From contig NZ_CP047960.1 in assembly GCF_014280195.1 (NCBI RefSeq), positions 450,001 to 482,000 of the forward strand: 32,000 nucleotides of DNA. The letters are read 5' to 3'. Positions 26,399 to 32,000 of this stretch are shown here, in pieces. The DNA comes from Synechococcus sp. A15-24 (GTDB taxonomy: Bacteria; Cyanobacteriota; Cyanobacteriia; PCC-6307; Cyanobiaceae). The notes under the pieces were generated by a model. It was not told the DNA's origin. It saw only the letters and a list, made by a program, of their open reading frames with translations, and searched no databases. Within the stretch, counting starts at the first letter, position 1. Each line of letters starts with the position of its first letter. The position numbers and the translations under genes are program-made.

Positions 26399-27105
26399 GG
26401 GGTCTGTTCGTCCAGAAGCATGGGGAGCAGCTCCCGGGTTGTGCCCACGATGCGGTCGGCGCCGGCGTCCTGCAGCTGCCGGTGATACGTCGCAACGTCG
26501 GTAACGTGTGGAGGTGCCACAGCAAGGCTGCGCCAGGGAAGCTCGGGTCGCCGCTTGCGGGCATTGAGCACCGTGTGCACGTCAGCCACCGTGTCGCCGA
26601 TGTAAGCGATCCAGCGGGGAACCTCGCCGGCGGCCAGCTCCTCGGCCAGGCGAATCAAGCCGGTGGGATCTGGTTTATCAGGTGCATCTCCCATGGCGAT
26701 CAGGGGGGGATCCTTCAGTCCAAGCCGCTGCTGCAGCACATAGCGGGCGGAGGGGGGTTCGGCCCCGCTCACGAAGCCCCAGCGGATCTGGTGCCGGTTG
26801 AGATCGTCGAAAAAGGCTCGAGTCACCAGCAGCGGTTCGTCGCCGATGAAGCCCTTCCATTCAGCGGGATCGCCCTCGGGATCACCGCCGAAATAGAAGC
26901 CGCTGAACACCTCGATCAGCTCGCTTTTGCTCAGAATGTCGGTCCCATGGCGACTCAGCAGTTCGAGGCTGGCGTCCCAGTCGTTGTTCCAGCAGCCCTC
27001 TGCTTTGAGGGCATCAATGTCCGCCGCCGTCGGCTGCCAGCCGCTGTAGTGCTCCACCGTGAGCTGGAGGGCGCGTCGGTAGCTTCCGGCAACATCACGG
27101 ATCAC
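26395..27105 (-). CDS. HAD-superfamily hydrolase, subfamily IA-like. The coordinates give the canonical-start ORF, but the real start is probably upstream at a non-canonical codon (see finding)
   Basis: Motif II is VSGA, motif III is DKPDP and motif IV is GDTVAD. Motif I (FDIDGV) is encoded at 27120-27103, upstream of or overlapping the first GTG. ATGA overlap with the chaA start. Confidence 0.75.
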   Translation of the reverse strand: MIRDVAGSYRRALQLTVEHYSGWQPTAADIDALKAEGCWNNDWDASLELLSRHGTDILSKSELIEVFSGFYFGGDPEGDPAEWKGFIGDEPLLVTRAFFDDLNRHQIRWGFVSGAEPPSARYVLQQRLGLKDPPLIAMGDAPDKPDPTGLIRLAEELAAGEVPRWIAYIGDTVADVHTVLNARKRRPELPWRSLAVAPPHVTDVATYHRQLQDAGADRIVGTTRELLPMLLDEQTP

Positions 27106-27182
27106 ACCGTCGATGTCGAACAGCAGAATCGCTGGTGAGCTCAGAAGATTGTTTTAGAGCGGCTGGTAGGTTAGTCGTTTGA

Positions 27183-27743
<561 letters not shown>

Positions 27744-27770
27744 TTCCAACGTTTTTATTTTTCGATGATC

Positions 27771-27797
27771 CCCCGCCGCAAGGCGGGGCTTTTTTTA
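27771..27797 (+). terminator. Intrinsic terminator of the PSRP-3 gene
   Basis: CCCCGCC-gcaa-GGCGGGG followed by CTTTTTTTA. Confidence 0.8.
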
Positions 27798-27803
27798 TGC
27801 CAT

Positions 27804-27828
27804 TAAAAAGCCGGGAATGTTCCCGGCT
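27804..27828 (-). terminator. Intrinsic terminator of atpD-atpC
   Basis: On the minus strand: AGCCGGGA-acat-TCCCGGCT followed by TTTTTAA, about 30 nt after the atpC stop. Confidence 0.75.
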
Positions 27829-27857
27829 GATGGATCAACGTTGTTGAGCGGGTGCGC

Positions 27858-28268
27858 TCAATCTGCAGACTTGCTGGCCTGCATGCGTGCACGGGCCATA
27901 TTCAGCTGTTGCTGAGCTTTGACCTTTTCAGGGGAAGCGGGCTGGCCTTCCATGCCATCCACCACGGTGGTGGCTTTCTGGAAGTCGGCCTCGGCGGAGT
28001 TGCCGTCGATGGTGCTGCCCAGTTCAGCCTGATTCACCAGGACGGTGACTTCATCGGCATCCACTTCAGCAAATCCGCCCATCAAGGCGATGGAGTTCCA
28101 ACCGCCATTGGCGCGAACGCGAAGCACACCGACATCGATGGCGGTGAGCAAAGAGATGTGGCCAGGCAGGATGCCGAGCTGACCGGTGGTGCTGGGCAGG
28201 ATCACCTCATCGGCGCTGCCATCAAAGACGTTCTGGTCAGGTGCCAGCACGCGGAGGGTGAGGGACAT
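27858..28268 (-). CDS. atpC: F0F1 ATP synthase subunit epsilon
   Basis: 136 aa: MSLTLRVLAPDQNVFDGSADEVILPSTTGQLGILPGHISLLTAIDVGVLRV (cyanobacterial atpE). Confidence 0.95.
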   Translation of the reverse strand: MSLTLRVLAPDQNVFDGSADEVILPSTTGQLGILPGHISLLTAIDVGVLRVRANGGWNSIALMGGFAEVDADEVTVLVNQAELGSTIDGNSAEADFQKATTVVDGMEGQPASPEKVKAQQQLNMARARMQASKSAD

Positions 28269-28342
28269 GAACCTTGGTTCGGAGGGAGAAAGGGACGACA
28301 GACAACAAGTGACTGGGGATGTAACTCACACCCCCATCAGGA

Positions 28343-29866
<1,524 letters not shown>

Positions 29867-29948
29867 TTACCACTGCTGAGCCTGCACTCCCCCGGTTCGG
29901 TCAACCGCACAGCCAGTAGCTGGTGAGAGGGGTGGTCGCCTGCATATG

Positions 29949-29975
29949 TTGGCACTCGTCGGCCCCGAGTGCCAG
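29949..29975 (+). promoter_or_regulatory. CIRCE operator (HrcA binding site) upstream of groES
   Basis: TTGGCACTC-N9-GAGTGCCAG against the consensus TTAGCACTC-N9-GAGTGCTAA. The 8-bp arms are a perfect inverted repeat. Lies about 50 nt upstream of the groES ATG. Confidence 0.8.
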
Positions 29976-30025
29976 CTCGAGTCGAACCGGCGCTTCGGCG
30001 CCCTGTCCCTGCTCCTGCATTTCTC

Positions 30026-30337
30026 ATGGCAGCTGTTTCTCTCAGCGTCTCCACCGTCAAGCCCCTGGGCGACCGCGTGTTCATCAAGGTCTCCGAATCC
30101 GAGGAGAAAACCGCCGGTGGCATCCTTCTGCCCGACACCGCCAAGGAAAAGCCCCAAGTGGGTGAAGTGGTCCAGGTGGGCCCCGGTAAGCGCAATGACG
30201 ACGGCAGCCGTCAGGCTCCTGAAGTCGGCGTTGGCGACAAGGTTCTGTACAGCAAGTACGCCGGCACCGACATCAAGCTGGGCGGTGACGAGTTCGTCCT
30301 GCTCACCGAAAAGGACATCCTGGCCATCGTCAACTGA
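30026..30337 (+). CDS. groES: Co-chaperonin GroES
   Basis: [54 protein letters not shown]..., 103 aa from internal ATG 30026. The longer listed ORF would cover the CIRCE site. Confidence 0.96.
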   Translation: MAAVSLSVSTVKPLGDRVFIKVSESEEKTAGGILLPDTAKEKPQVGEVVQVGPGKRNDDGSRQAPEVGVGDKVLYSKYAGTDIKLGGDEFVLLTEKDILAIVN

Positions 30338-30381
30338 GACGGGACCCAGACCTCAGCGTTTTAAACACCACTTTTACTTAG

Positions 30382-32000
<1,619 letters not shown>

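Noticed and set aside
29969-30025. 19-aa N-terminal extension of groES (GTG 29969)
   Set aside because: It would place the CIRCE operator inside the coding region. GroES homologues start at MAAVSL... (ATG 30026).

Overview
This is a gene-dense, high-GC window, roughly 60-70% GC in the lines I hand-counted. Its gene content and order are typical of a marine or estuarine picocyanobacterium (Synechococcus/Cyanobium type); that assignment is an inference. Almost every sizeable ORF has a confident family assignment.

Gene order:
- 5'-truncated amidase-like ORF plus a small coupled ORF, then tlyA.
- Allophycocyanin cluster apcE-apcA-apcB-apcC on the minus strand.
- A 400-aa SAM methyltransferase divergent from apcE (a CpcM candidate).
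- The complete atp1 operon: protein I, a, c, b', b, delta, alpha, gamma.
- A 2OG-Fe(II)-oxygenase-like ORF followed by a tightly overlapping cassette: 2Fe-2S ferredoxin, 61-aa ORF, DUF3326-like, SEC-C/YchJ.
- A minus-strand operon: CNNM/CBS, GTPase-DUF697, nadD, nadE, ald.
- A sharply low-GC gmd-fcl pair, then pepP.
- chaA, coupled to an upstream HAD hydrolase gene (both minus strand).
- PSRP-3/ycf65.
- atp2 (atpD-atpC, minus strand), divergent from groES-groEL, which carries a CIRCE operator.

I saw no rRNA, tRNA, CRISPR array, transposase or integrase.

Most of the window is ordinary core genome. The items most worth a second look are:
1. The translationally coupled ferredoxin / 61-aa / DUF3326-like / YchJ cassette behind the atp terminator.
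2. The 2.1-kb low-GC gmd-fcl islet that abuts the start codon of a core operon and appears to supply its promoter.
3. A HAD hydrolase whose catalytic DxD motif lies upstream of any canonical start codon.
4. CU-rich leaders that resemble the anti-Shine-Dalgarno sequence in front of many highly expressed cistrons.

Non-ORF coordinates were hand-counted and may be off by 1-2 nt.
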